DNA of 64,000 bases from Spirochaetales bacterium (GTDB lineage: Bacteria > Spirochaetota > Spirochaetia > UBA9216), in the NCBI GenBank assembly GCA_016839055.1, contig JAEKNX010000001.1, forward strand, positions 303,693 through 367,692, read 5' to 3'. Positions within the stretch are counted from its first letter, which is position 1; each line of letters begins with the position of its first letter. Below are positions 1 through 7,979 of this stretch, in pieces. The notes beneath the pieces were generated by a model. The model did no database searches. It saw only the letters and a list, made by a program, of their open reading frames with translations, and had not been told where the DNA came from. The position numbers and the translations under genes are program-made.

Positions 1-151
1 TCTGCTGCGAAGACGCAGATGGAAGCTGATTTTCTATCACATACTGTGAGATTATATAGAGTTTATATATAAGAAAAAACTAGATGTTATAGTTGACTCC
101 TGTCTTATATGTTCGTAACTTTATGTAATACTAATAAGATCTGGAGTTATT

Positions 152-1312
152 GTGAATTCATTTAATTATTTTATACCTACAAAGGTTTTATTCGGACCTG
201 GAAAACTGAATGAACTGGCTAAAGAACCTCTTCCCGGAAGCAGGGCTTTAATCGTTGTAAGCGGCGGAACATCCATGAAGAAATACGGATATCTTGAGAG
301 GGTGCAGGGACTCCTGAAGCAGCAGGGCGTCGATTCTGTTGTCTTTGACAAAATACTTCCTAATCCAATTCTTGCTCATGTCACCGAAGGAGCACAACTT
401 GCGAAGGCTGAAAAATGCGACTTCATTATCGGTCTCGGAGGCGGAAGCAGTATCGACTCTGCCAAGAGTATTGCTGTCATGGCAAAGAACTCCGGTAATT
501 ACTGGGATTACGTTCACGGCGGCAGCGGCAAAGGTCAGCCAATAAAAAACGGAGTTCTTCCGATTGTAGCAATAACTACTACTGCAGGAACCGGAACAGA
601 AGCGGACCCGTGGACTGTGATAACTCATGAAGAGCGAAATGAAAAAATTGGATTCGGTACAGAGGCAACTTTTCCGACTCTCTCGATTGTCGATCCTGAG
701 CTTATGGTTTCAGTTCCTCCACATCTTACCGCATATCAGGGATTCGATGCTCTCTTTCATGCTGTTGAGGGTTATATAGCTAATATAGCAAGCCCGGTAA
801 GTGATGGGTTTGCTCTCTCTAGTATCGAGCTTATCGCAAAATCGCTTGCGGCTGCTGTAAAAGACGGGAGTAATATCCAGGCGCGAACAGATATAGCGCT
901 TGCGAATACTCTTTCGGGCTTTGTTGAATCAACATCTTCATGTACTTCAGAGCACTCTATGGAACACGCAATGAGCGCCTTCTATCCTGCTCTTCCTCAT
1001 GGCGCGGGGCTTATTATGCTCTCTGAGGCTTACTTCAGTTTCTTTGAAGATAAAATTCCCGAAAAATTTGCCCGAATGGCATCGGCCATGGGAATGGAAG
1101 CCGAACCCGGGAATTTTGTAAAAGCCCTCATGAAGCTTCAGAAGGACTGCGGCGTTGATCAGCTTAAGATGTCTGATTATGGGATAAGTAAGGAAGAAAT
1201 CGGAAAGCTTGCCGAAAACGCGAAGTTCTCGATGGGCGGATTATTCGACATGGACAGCTATTCTCTGAGCATGGCAGAAACTGTCTCCATAATGGAAGCG
1301 GCATATAAGTAG
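152..1312 (+). CDS. Iron-containing (group III) alcohol dehydrogenase
   Basis: 386 aa with the Fe-ADH family hallmark GLGGGSSIDSAK and a C-terminal His-rich metal site (HAVEGY..., HSMEHAMS, LPHG). GTG start at 152 is preceded by a GGAG RBS. Confidence 0.85.
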   Translation: MNSFNYFIPTKVLFGPGKLNELAKEPLPGSRALIVVSGGTSMKKYGYLERVQGLLKQQGVDSVVFDKILPNPILAHVTEGAQLAKAEKCDFIIGLGGGSSIDSAKSIAVMAKNSGNYWDYVHGGSGKGQPIKNGVLPIVAITTTAGTGTEADPWTVITHEERNEKIGFGTEATFPTLSIVDPELMVSVPPHLTAYQGFDALFHAVEGYIANIASPVSDGFALSSIELIAKSLAAAVKDGSNIQARTDIALANTLSGFVESTSSCTSEHSMEHAMSAFYPALPHGAGLIMLSEAYFSFFEDKIPEKFARMASAMGMEAEPGNFVKALMKLQKDCGVDQLKMSDYGISKEEIGKLAENAKFSMGGLFDMDSYSLSMAETVSIMEAAYK

Positions 1313-1334
1313 AACCGAACATATCAAGAAAAAA

Positions 1335-1367
1335 GGGGCTTTCCGATATTCGGAGCCCCTTTTTTTA
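1335..1367. terminator. Rho-independent terminator after the ADH gene
   Basis: GC-rich hairpin GGGGCT..AGCCCC followed by TTTTTTT, immediately 3' of the ADH stop. A convergent minus-strand small ORF stops inside the T-tract. Confidence 0.6.
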
Positions 1368-1701
1368 GTCTTCGAAACTGTCGGTATCAATTTTTATGAC
1401 CTCGATAACCGGCTTGTCTGTTATATCAGTTTTTTTCTGCTCGACCGAGCAGCTGCCTTTTGGGCTCATTCATGTATGAACGCCAAAACGAGGCAGTATC
1501 CATCTTTGCAGAACAATGATTCCCACAAAAACAAGAATCATAGCAATATTTTCATTCATATATGCACCTCTATAAAGAGAATATAAAGTAAAATATATAT
1601 AGTCAAGTTGGCAATGATAAATTCTCAATATATAAATCTGATAAATACTTTGCCCATTGCCAAAAGATGTTTTATGTTAAGTATATAAACTTGGAGGAAT
1701 T

Positions 1702-2199
1702 ATGAGTAAAAAAAATATGATTGAGGCTGTAGCGGAAGGTATAAAAGGGGAACTCGACGGTATATCAATATATGAAGCGGCAGCCGAAAGAAGTCTGGGA
1801 GAAATTAAAGAATTTTTTCTGGATCGGGCAGCTGAGGAAAAGATGCATTATAACTGGCTTGCGAGCTATTATCGGAAATTGATGAAAGCTGAAGATGCAG
1901 ATGTAGATCTTCTTCCAGGTGTTCTACCCGATAAACCAAGCCCGATAATAAGCGTTGAATTTCTTGAACGAATAGGCTCAGATAGTTTCCTTAGTGCCGC
2001 TATTTCCTCTTCGATTCTGCTTGAGTTAAATGCTATTGATCATTATAGAAAAAGCGCTGAAATTTCAGATGATCTCGATGTGAAAATGCTTTTTACGGAG
2101 CTTGCTGACTGGGAGAAAGATCATTATGAAATGCTGCTGAAGATCCAGGAAGATTCCCGACAGAGCTGGTACAATGCTCAGAGTTTTGAACCTTTTTAA
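1702..2199 (+). CDS. Rubrerythrin/ferritin-like diiron four-helix-bundle protein (no rubredoxin domain)
   Basis: 165 aa with two ExxH motifs (AEEKMHY, WEKDHYE) and the N-terminal EGIKGELDGISIYEAAAE region typical of rubrerythrin-like proteins. A good RBS GGAGG lies upstream. Confidence 0.6.
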   Translation: MSKKNMIEAVAEGIKGELDGISIYEAAAERSLGEIKEFFLDRAAEEKMHYNWLASYYRKLMKAEDADVDLLPGVLPDKPSPIISVEFLERIGSDSFLSAAISSSILLELNAIDHYRKSAEISDDLDVKMLFTELADWEKDHYEMLLKIQEDSRQSWYNAQSFEPF

Positions 2200-2432
2200 G
2201 TTTTTCTGCAGCGCTTTACATGAATGCAATTAAGTATTTACATCCATAAGCAGCTCTTTCAAGAAGTAGGAAATTGCCAAACCATGTTTCTTGAAAGAGT
2301 CGTTGCTGTATAAATCAATTCATAAATCCTAAACACTGCTTGCTTTTTCAATATTGCCGGTTATTGTAGCATACTATTTTTGTAATATATAAACATACCT
2401 ATGCAAAAAGATAAAATAATATCTAATATTCA

Positions 2433-2462
2433 TTGACAGATCTCAAAGAAGCAAGTTATGGT
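2433..2462 (+). promoter_or_regulatory. Candidate sigma70-like promoter of the AOR operon
   Basis: TTGACA, an 18-nt spacer, then TATGGT (TATATA follows), about 110 nt upstream of the GTG start at 2576. Confidence 0.3.
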
Positions 2463-2575
2463 TATATAGGATTAAAGCTTTGGTGGAAGCTGTTATATTG
2501 AAAATAAAGAGACATCTCTAACTAGTCATAGGAAAGTTCTATGCAAGATTAGGGATCTCTAAAACGGAAGGACCA

Positions 2576-3238
2576 GTGATTGAAGAAAAGGAAACAATTT
2601 TAGATCAAAAGGTTACTCGTCGGGATTTTCTCAAGATATCAGGTATGTCTGTATTGGGAATATCGGCGGTATCATGGCTATTTCCCGGATGCAGCAATGC
2701 TGTAAATGACGAAGTGATGTTATTTGAGAATGCGTCGGGAGTGATCGTTCACATCTCCAATAGATGTACAGGCTGTCTGTTATGTGAATCTACATGTTCG
2801 GTAGTTAATGACGGAAAAGCAAGTCAGACCACAGCAAGAGTGAAGATCAGCAGGAACTTTGCATATGGCCCTGAGGGAGTCACGGGGGCTTGGTGGAATA
2901 ATCCCGGCGATATGGGTAATTTTAAACTGGTGGCGGAAACCTGCCGGCAGTGTGAAGTTCCCGCATGTGCTCTTGCCTGTCCGGAACAGGCTATTTATCA
3001 GGATAAAAAGACGGGTGCGAAAATTGTTGATGCCGAGAAATGTATTGGCTGTGGTACCTGTACCGCCGCTTGCCCTTGGAATATTCCTACTGTTGATCCT
3101 GATTTAAAGGTTTCAACCAAGTGTGTTTTATGTCATGGCTACCCCGGCTGTGTTTCAACATGTCCGACAGGAGCTCTTAATTTTGTGACCTGGGAAGATG
3201 CTATACAGAAGTATAAAGAGCATTTCAAGGTAAGCTGA
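2576..3238 (+). CDS. Tat-signal 4Fe-4S poly-ferredoxin electron-transfer subunit (YdhX/AorA-like)
   Basis: 220 aa. N-terminal twin-arginine signal TRRDFLKISGMSVLGISA. Several CxxCxxCxxxCP ferredoxin motifs (CTGCLLCESTC, CRQCEVPACALACP, CIGCGTCTAACP). Sits directly upstream of the AOR gene. GTG start with a GGAAGGA RBS. Confidence 0.75.
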   Translation: MIEEKETILDQKVTRRDFLKISGMSVLGISAVSWLFPGCSNAVNDEVMLFENASGVIVHISNRCTGCLLCESTCSVVNDGKASQTTARVKISRNFAYGPEGVTGAWWNNPGDMGNFKLVAETCRQCEVPACALACPEQAIYQDKKTGAKIVDAEKCIGCGTCTAACPWNIPTVDPDLKVSTKCVLCHGYPGCVSTCPTGALNFVTWEDAIQKYKEHFKVS

Positions 3239-3278
3239 AGAGCATCGACTGAACAATAAAAACACATAGGAGAAAGAC

Positions 3279-5396
3279 ATGGCAATTAATGGCGGATGGG
3301 CAGGAAAAACTCTTAGAGTAAATCTGTCTACAGGCAATATAACTACAATAAATACAGAAAATTTCAAGAGATATATCGGTGGAATGGGCATTGGCTACAA
3401 GGTTCTATGGGATGAAGTTCCTGCCGGAACAAAGGCTTTTGATGAAGCAAACAAAATCGTATTCGGTGTAGGTCCTTTGACAGGAACCGGAGCAATTTGT
3501 TCAGGAAGAACAAATATTACAAGTCTTCTTCCCTCAAACCCTTACAATGCAGTAAGTGACAGCCACATGGGTGGACATTTCGGAGTTGAACTCAAGTATG
3601 CCGGATGGGATGCTATCATTGTTGAAGGAAAATCATCCAGACCCGTATGGCTCAAGATTGTTAATGATAAGGTAACAATAGAAGACGCAGGACTGTTTTG
3701 GGGGAAGGGAACCTTCGATACCATAGCCGGAATTACGGCAATGATGGGACAGGAAAGCCAGGTAGCGGCTATCGGTCAGGCCGGTGAGAATCTTGTAAAT
3801 CTCAGCGTTATCAGAACCGGTCCTAGCCACTCAGCCGGAGGTCATGGAGGAGTTCTTGGCTCCAAGATGCTGAAAGCCATCGGTATTATGGGAAGCGGCG
3901 CTGTTAAAATTGCCGGCGACAAGATGAAATGGCATGAGCTGAATCAGTATACTCTCAGCATAGTCGGCGCAAATAATCAGCATGTTGTTCCGCGGACACC
4001 ACAGCCCTGGGCGGAATACAATCATCCCGGAAGCCGATGGACGGCTAAAGAAGGATTATATTGGGAAAAAGCAGATCCTCCTATTGAGACAGGAATCTGT
4101 ACACCGGAAGAAAACCATAAGATCGGCTTCCGGACAATGAAATCAATGCTTGATATTGGTAAAAATGGGCCTAAGTATACGGTGAGAATGGGCGGCTGCG
4201 CATCCTGTCCGATTCGATGTAAATCACATCTCGAAGTTCCTCAACTAGAGAGGTATGGTGTTCCTACTCATGTGGCTAACACCTGTATGGGATTCTATAC
4301 TCCATGGGGCGTTATTGCTCCATTTTCCGGTAATAAAGCCAATGTCCCGGGTGAGTCTGAAGATGATTCACTGGTAATCGCCAAGGCGCTCGGCACATAT
4401 ATAGCGGATGATTATGGTGTCTGGGGAAACTACGGCCAGATAGGACGCGACTTTCACTGGACTTATAAGAATGATGTCCTGAAAAGAGTTCTTCCCGCAG
4501 CTGAGTACAACAGCATAAACTGGGAACAGCTCAAGGCTGGAGATCCTGAGTTTTTCAAGGATTTTTATCGTCGCATAACTTTTAAGGAAGGAGAACTCAG
4601 CCATTTAGGTGACGGAGCTTTCCAGATTTCAGAGAGATGGAACCTCGGTGAAGACTATTGGACATACAAGGGAAATAAACTCTGGACCAAAATGGGATAT
4701 CCAGTTCATCATAGTAATGAATCTGACGGTCAGGTCGGCGCTGTTATCAGTGTTCTGTTCAACCGGGATGCTCAATGTCATACGCACCAGAATTTTATTG
4801 GAAGCGGACTCCCGACTGATCTGCAGAAGGAAATAGCCGCCGAGATGTGGGGCGGGCCGGAAGCCATTGATGCTCCTGCTGATTATAAACCCATGACCAG
4901 AGCAAAGGCTAAATTCGCTAAGTGGAGTGTTGTCAGGAATCTTCTCCATGATAGTCTCACCGTATGTAACTGGATGTGGCCCTTCATAACCTCACCGCTT
5001 AAGGATAGAAACTATCGTGGTAATACTGCTCTTGAATCACTCTATTATACAGAGGCCACAGGAGAGACTATTACTGAAGATGAGCTAGACCTCCAGGCGG
5101 AAAGACTCTTTACCCTTCACAGGGCTCTTACTGTCAAGCAGATGGGTACCGTCGATATGAGAAACAAGCATGATCAGCTTACCGGCTGGCAGTTTGATAT
5201 GGATCCCGACAAGAAGGCCTTCACCCCTGGGACTATCAAGCTTGACAGGGACGATTTTGAAACAACACTTACGATGTTTTATGAAGAGATGGGCTGGGAT
5301 GCTAAGACAGGTTCTCCTACAAGGGCTACACTAGACAAGCTCGGACTCGGATATGTAGCTGACGAGCTGGAAGTTTTGAAGCTTCTTCCTGTCTAG
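3279..5396 (+). CDS. Aldehyde:ferredoxin oxidoreductase (AOR) family tungsto/molybdo-pterin enzyme, YdhV-like long form
   Basis: 705 aa. The N-terminal MAINGGWAGKTLRVNLSTGNIT domain 1 and the overall pattern match the AOR family (AFOR_N plus AFOR_C). Its length (~700 aa rather than ~605) and the adjacent Tat ferredoxin mirror the E. coli ydhX-ydhV arrangement. Confidence 0.85.
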   Translation: MAINGGWAGKTLRVNLSTGNITTINTENFKRYIGGMGIGYKVLWDEVPAGTKAFDEANKIVFGVGPLTGTGAICSGRTNITSLLPSNPYNAVSDSHMGGHFGVELKYAGWDAIIVEGKSSRPVWLKIVNDKVTIEDAGLFWGKGTFDTIAGITAMMGQESQVAAIGQAGENLVNLSVIRTGPSHSAGGHGGVLGSKMLKAIGIMGSGAVKIAGDKMKWHELNQYTLSIVGANNQHVVPRTPQPWAEYNHPGSRWTAKEGLYWEKADPPIETGICTPEENHKIGFRTMKSMLDIGKNGPKYTVRMGGCASCPIRCKSHLEVPQLERYGVPTHVANTCMGFYTPWGVIAPFSGNKANVPGESEDDSLVIAKALGTYIADDYGVWGNYGQIGRDFHWTYKNDVLKRVLPAAEYNSINWEQLKAGDPEFFKDFYRRITFKEGELSHLGDGAFQISERWNLGEDYWTYKGNKLWTKMGYPVHHSNESDGQVGAVISVLFNRDAQCHTHQNFIGSGLPTDLQKEIAAEMWGGPEAIDAPADYKPMTRAKAKFAKWSVVRNLLHDSLTVCNWMWPFITSPLKDRNYRGNTALESLYYTEATGETITEDELDLQAERLFTLHRALTVKQMGTVDMRNKHDQLTGWQFDMDPDKKAFTPGTIKLDRDDFETTLTMFYEEMGWDAKTGSPTRATLDKLGLGYVADELEVLKLLPV

Positions 5397-5411
5397 GTTT
5401 TAAGGATTAAA

Positions 5412-5969
5412 ATGTCTGAAGTAAAAGCGGATGAGACCGAACGTCTCATCCGTGACAAAATAGTAAGTCTTATCAGAGATAATTCAGCTAAGGGGGTAGT
5501 TTCTTCATTGAAGAAACTACAGACCAGCGCTTCCGATTGTGGAGATCTTTCCGGTTTTTACGGAAAGATCTCTCAACATACTGATTGTTCCGATATAAAG
5601 GAGATCTCAGGAGGCGACGGGCTCTACTATTACAGCAGTGGACGGATGTCAGATAGTTATGCAAAGTTAGCGGTGATGCTCGAGGAAAAGGATCTGCTTA
5701 ATTTAATAGTTTCTACTATTAGAGATGAAAGCAGGATCTATCCGAGGACAACTGCGGCCGAGGTATTTATTGAGGCTCCGTATTCAATACCTCAGGAAGA
5801 TATGAATGAATTCCTTAAAATAATTGAAACAGATGAGCGGTTTCCAGATATTGATAGTTGTCGGACGTCTATTGATTCAGTATATCTTTACTCAACGGAT
5901 TACATTCCTAAAGCTCAGGCGGAATATCTCAGTGAATGGGATGCAGTAGGTCAATATGAAAGTCAGTAA
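5412..5969 (+). CDS. Hypothetical protein, possible AOR-operon accessory/chaperone
   Basis: 185 aa, no recognised motif. Translationally coupled between the AOR gene and the FdhD-like gene. Confidence 0.4.
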   Translation: MSEVKADETERLIRDKIVSLIRDNSAKGVVSSLKKLQTSASDCGDLSGFYGKISQHTDCSDIKEISGGDGLYYYSSGRMSDSYAKLAVMLEEKDLLNLIVSTIRDESRIYPRTTAAEVFIEAPYSIPQEDMNEFLKIIETDERFPDIDSCRTSIDSVYLYSTDYIPKAQAEYLSEWDAVGQYESQ

Positions 5970-6612
5970 GTCTGTAAAACCAGAGCATCTTCCACTTGTT
6001 GCGGAAGTAAAATTCCAGATGTTTATAAATGGGATTTATTATTCGGATTTTTTATGTACGCCAGATTCTATAACTGAGCTGGTTACGGGTAATCTTTATG
6101 TAAACAGTAATATTACAGCGATTGAGGATATTGAAAAAATATGTATAAACGGTTATAAGATTGATGTAATCGTGGCCGACACCGAAGGCCGAACGGAACG
6201 GGCGAAGACTTCAGGTGAATTTTCGCCGCCCGGGCTTGAAAAGCTGATAGAGTTTGCAAAGTTAATGTTTGATAGAGCAGCGATTTACAAAGAGTATGGC
6301 GGAATACACTGTAGTGCTCTGTCTGATGGAATAAATCTTATTGCTTTTAATGAAGATATTGGCAGGCACAATGCTTTTGACAAGGTTGTCGGAACAGCCC
6401 TGATGAAAGATTTCGAGCTAGATAAACTTATTTATATTACATCGGGCAGAGTTAATCTTGAAGTTATGAATAAAGCTGTGGCTTGCGGGATTCCATTAAT
6501 AGTGTCCCGTAGTATAATGTCGAGCGCCGCTTTTGATCAGGCTGAAAAAAACGGGACTATGGTTATTGGTAGAATATTAACTGCCGAACCGTTTGTCTAT
6601 GAAGGGAAATGA
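5956..6612 (+). CDS. FdhD/NarQ-family (sulfurtransferase-like) cofactor-maturation protein, short form
   Basis: 218 aa. N-terminal VNG..TP.SI.EL..G-like region and a C-terminal GIHCSAL...DIGRHNAFDKVVG...SGRVNLEVMNKAVACGIPLIVSRS block characteristic of FdhD. The catalytic Cys-pair loop is not evident. Confidence 0.65.
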   Translation: MKVSKSVKPEHLPLVAEVKFQMFINGIYYSDFLCTPDSITELVTGNLYVNSNITAIEDIEKICINGYKIDVIVADTEGRTERAKTSGEFSPPGLEKLIEFAKLMFDRAAIYKEYGGIHCSALSDGINLIAFNEDIGRHNAFDKVVGTALMKDFELDKLIYITSGRVNLEVMNKAVACGIPLIVSRSIMSSAAFDQAEKNGTMVIGRILTAEPFVYEGK

Positions 6613-7376
6613 TACTTATGTCGGAAAAGACTATTGATATAAATTCTACAATGGCATTTAAGGCGCACTTTAAAGTTCTTAAAAGAACTCTTATGGTATC
6701 TCTAATAAGCCTTACCTGTGGCAGCATTGTCTGTTTTATATTCTTTGAACCTATAGTTGAGTTTCTTTACACCCCTTTCCTGGGGATTGAAGGCAATGGG
6801 ACAAATGATACCCTGTTTATAAACAATATCTTTGAGGGTTTCTTAACAAAACTTAAAATTTCGATTTTATCCGGATTTACACTGAGTTTCCCGATAATCT
6901 TGTTTAAAATTCTGCAGTTCATTTTTCCTGCCTTGGGGAAAAAAGAAAAAAAGGTTATACTTTATACTCTTTTAGTGAGTGCTGTATTAGTATTGGTGGG
7001 TTTTTATTATAGTTACTATATGATCCTGCCGCTGACAATAGAATTCTTCACCAGTGTAGGGTTTCTGCCAGATAATGTCGGCATCCTGCTTAACTACCAG
7101 AACAACATAATATATATTTTTAAGTTCATTTTTATGATTATGGTCACCTTCCAGTTTCCCGTTTTAATGGAGATGCTGATGGTTACAAACATTATTGAGA
7201 GGAGCACTCTGATTGGGTTAAGCCGTTTTATAATTGTAGGTGTTTTTCTGCTGTCGGCATTGATAACGCCTCCGGATTTTATTTCCCAATGCATGATAGC
7301 CTTTCCAATGGTTTTTTTGTACTTTCTTGCTATTTTTATTGCAAAAGTTTTTAGATTCGGTGAGAAGAGGGAATAG
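6609..7376 (+). CDS. tatC: Twin-arginine translocase subunit TatC
   Basis: 255 aa polytopic membrane protein. The N-terminal H(F)KVLKRTL resembles the TatC HLxELRxRL motif, and the C-terminal LITPPDFISQ matches the TatC TPPDxxSQ motif. Overlaps the upstream gene (ATGA). Confidence 0.8.
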   Translation: MILMSEKTIDINSTMAFKAHFKVLKRTLMVSLISLTCGSIVCFIFFEPIVEFLYTPFLGIEGNGTNDTLFINNIFEGFLTKLKISILSGFTLSFPIILFKILQFIFPALGKKEKKVILYTLLVSAVLVLVGFYYSYYMILPLTIEFFTSVGFLPDNVGILLNYQNNIIYIFKFIFMIMVTFQFPVLMEMLMVTNIIERSTLIGLSRFIIVGVFLLSALITPPDFISQCMIAFPMVFLYFLAIFIAKVFRFGEKRE

Positions 7377-7381
7377 TAATA

Positions 7382-7726
7382 ATGAACGGCAATGGACTTG
7401 GAATAAGCGAATTATTAGTTCTCCTGGTTGTAATACTTGTTTTTATAAAACCGGCTGACATGCCTAAAGCGGTTCGATTAATCGGGAAAGTATGGGCAAA
7501 ATTTTATCTTTACTTCTCAATGTTTAAGAGGGAATTTAGAAGGCTAGAAAATGAGATTGGTATTGAAGACGAGATGAAGGAAATACGGGCGATAAATGCA
7601 CAGTTGAAAGGTGAAGTTGTATCACTTAGAAATAGTGTTAATATAATTGAAAAAAAAGAAATTGATGAGATGAAAAGTAATGCTGATAAAAGCATAGATC
7701 AGGATAACAAATCTAAGGAGAAATAG
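7382..7726 (+). CDS. tatB: TatA/TatB-family protein (TatB-like, extended charged C-terminus)
   Basis: 114 aa. N-terminal GISELLVLLVVILVFIKPADMPKAVRLIGK is the TatA/B transmembrane-plus-amphipathic-helix signature, followed by a long charged tail as in TatB. Confidence 0.7.
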   Translation: MNGNGLGISELLVLLVVILVFIKPADMPKAVRLIGKVWAKFYLYFSMFKREFRRLENEIGIEDEMKEIRAINAQLKGEVVSLRNSVNIIEKKEIDEMKSNADKSIDQDNKSKEK

Positions 7727-7727
7727 A

Positions 7728-7892
7728 ATGCTTGGATCTACAGAGATTATTGTAATTGGTGGTGTGATTGTCTTATTATTTGGGGCAAGTGCTATTCCCA
7801 AATTTGCTAAATCATTAGGCCGTGCCAAGAAAGAATTTAAAGACGGCGTGAATGAGGGACTGGAAGAGCAGGATAAAGAAGAAAAGAAATAA
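7728..7892 (+). CDS. tatA: Twin-arginine translocase subunit TatA
   Basis: 54-aa ORF, too short for the ORF track. MLGSTEIIVIGGVIVLLFGASAIPKFAKSLGRAKKEFKDGV... is a canonical TatA. It starts 1 nt after the tatB stop, with an AAGGAG RBS inside the tatB 3' end. Confidence 0.7.
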   Translation: MLGSTEIIVIGGVIVLLFGASAIPKFAKSLGRAKKEFKDGVNEGLEEQDKEEKK

Positions 7893-7979
7893 TATTATTA
7901 CAGATTATCTAATTTTTTACTTGTTATGATATAGTCTTACTAGTTAAATATGATATTTCACGATATTGAGAGGTTTTAT

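Noticed and set aside
1470-1472. The in-frame TGA of the small minus-strand ORF as a selenocysteine codon.
   Set aside because: There is no obvious SECIS-like hairpin immediately downstream and no sequence context of a known selenoprotein. Treated as a stop.
2859-3107. Numerous 60-170-aa ORFs antisense to or embedded in large genes (for example 2859-3107, 3542-3724, 9221-9652, 21706-22149, 24960-25388, 37745-38215, 43789-44061).
   Set aside because: They overlap well-supported genes in other frames, have no RBS or motif support, and show composition typical of shadow ORFs.
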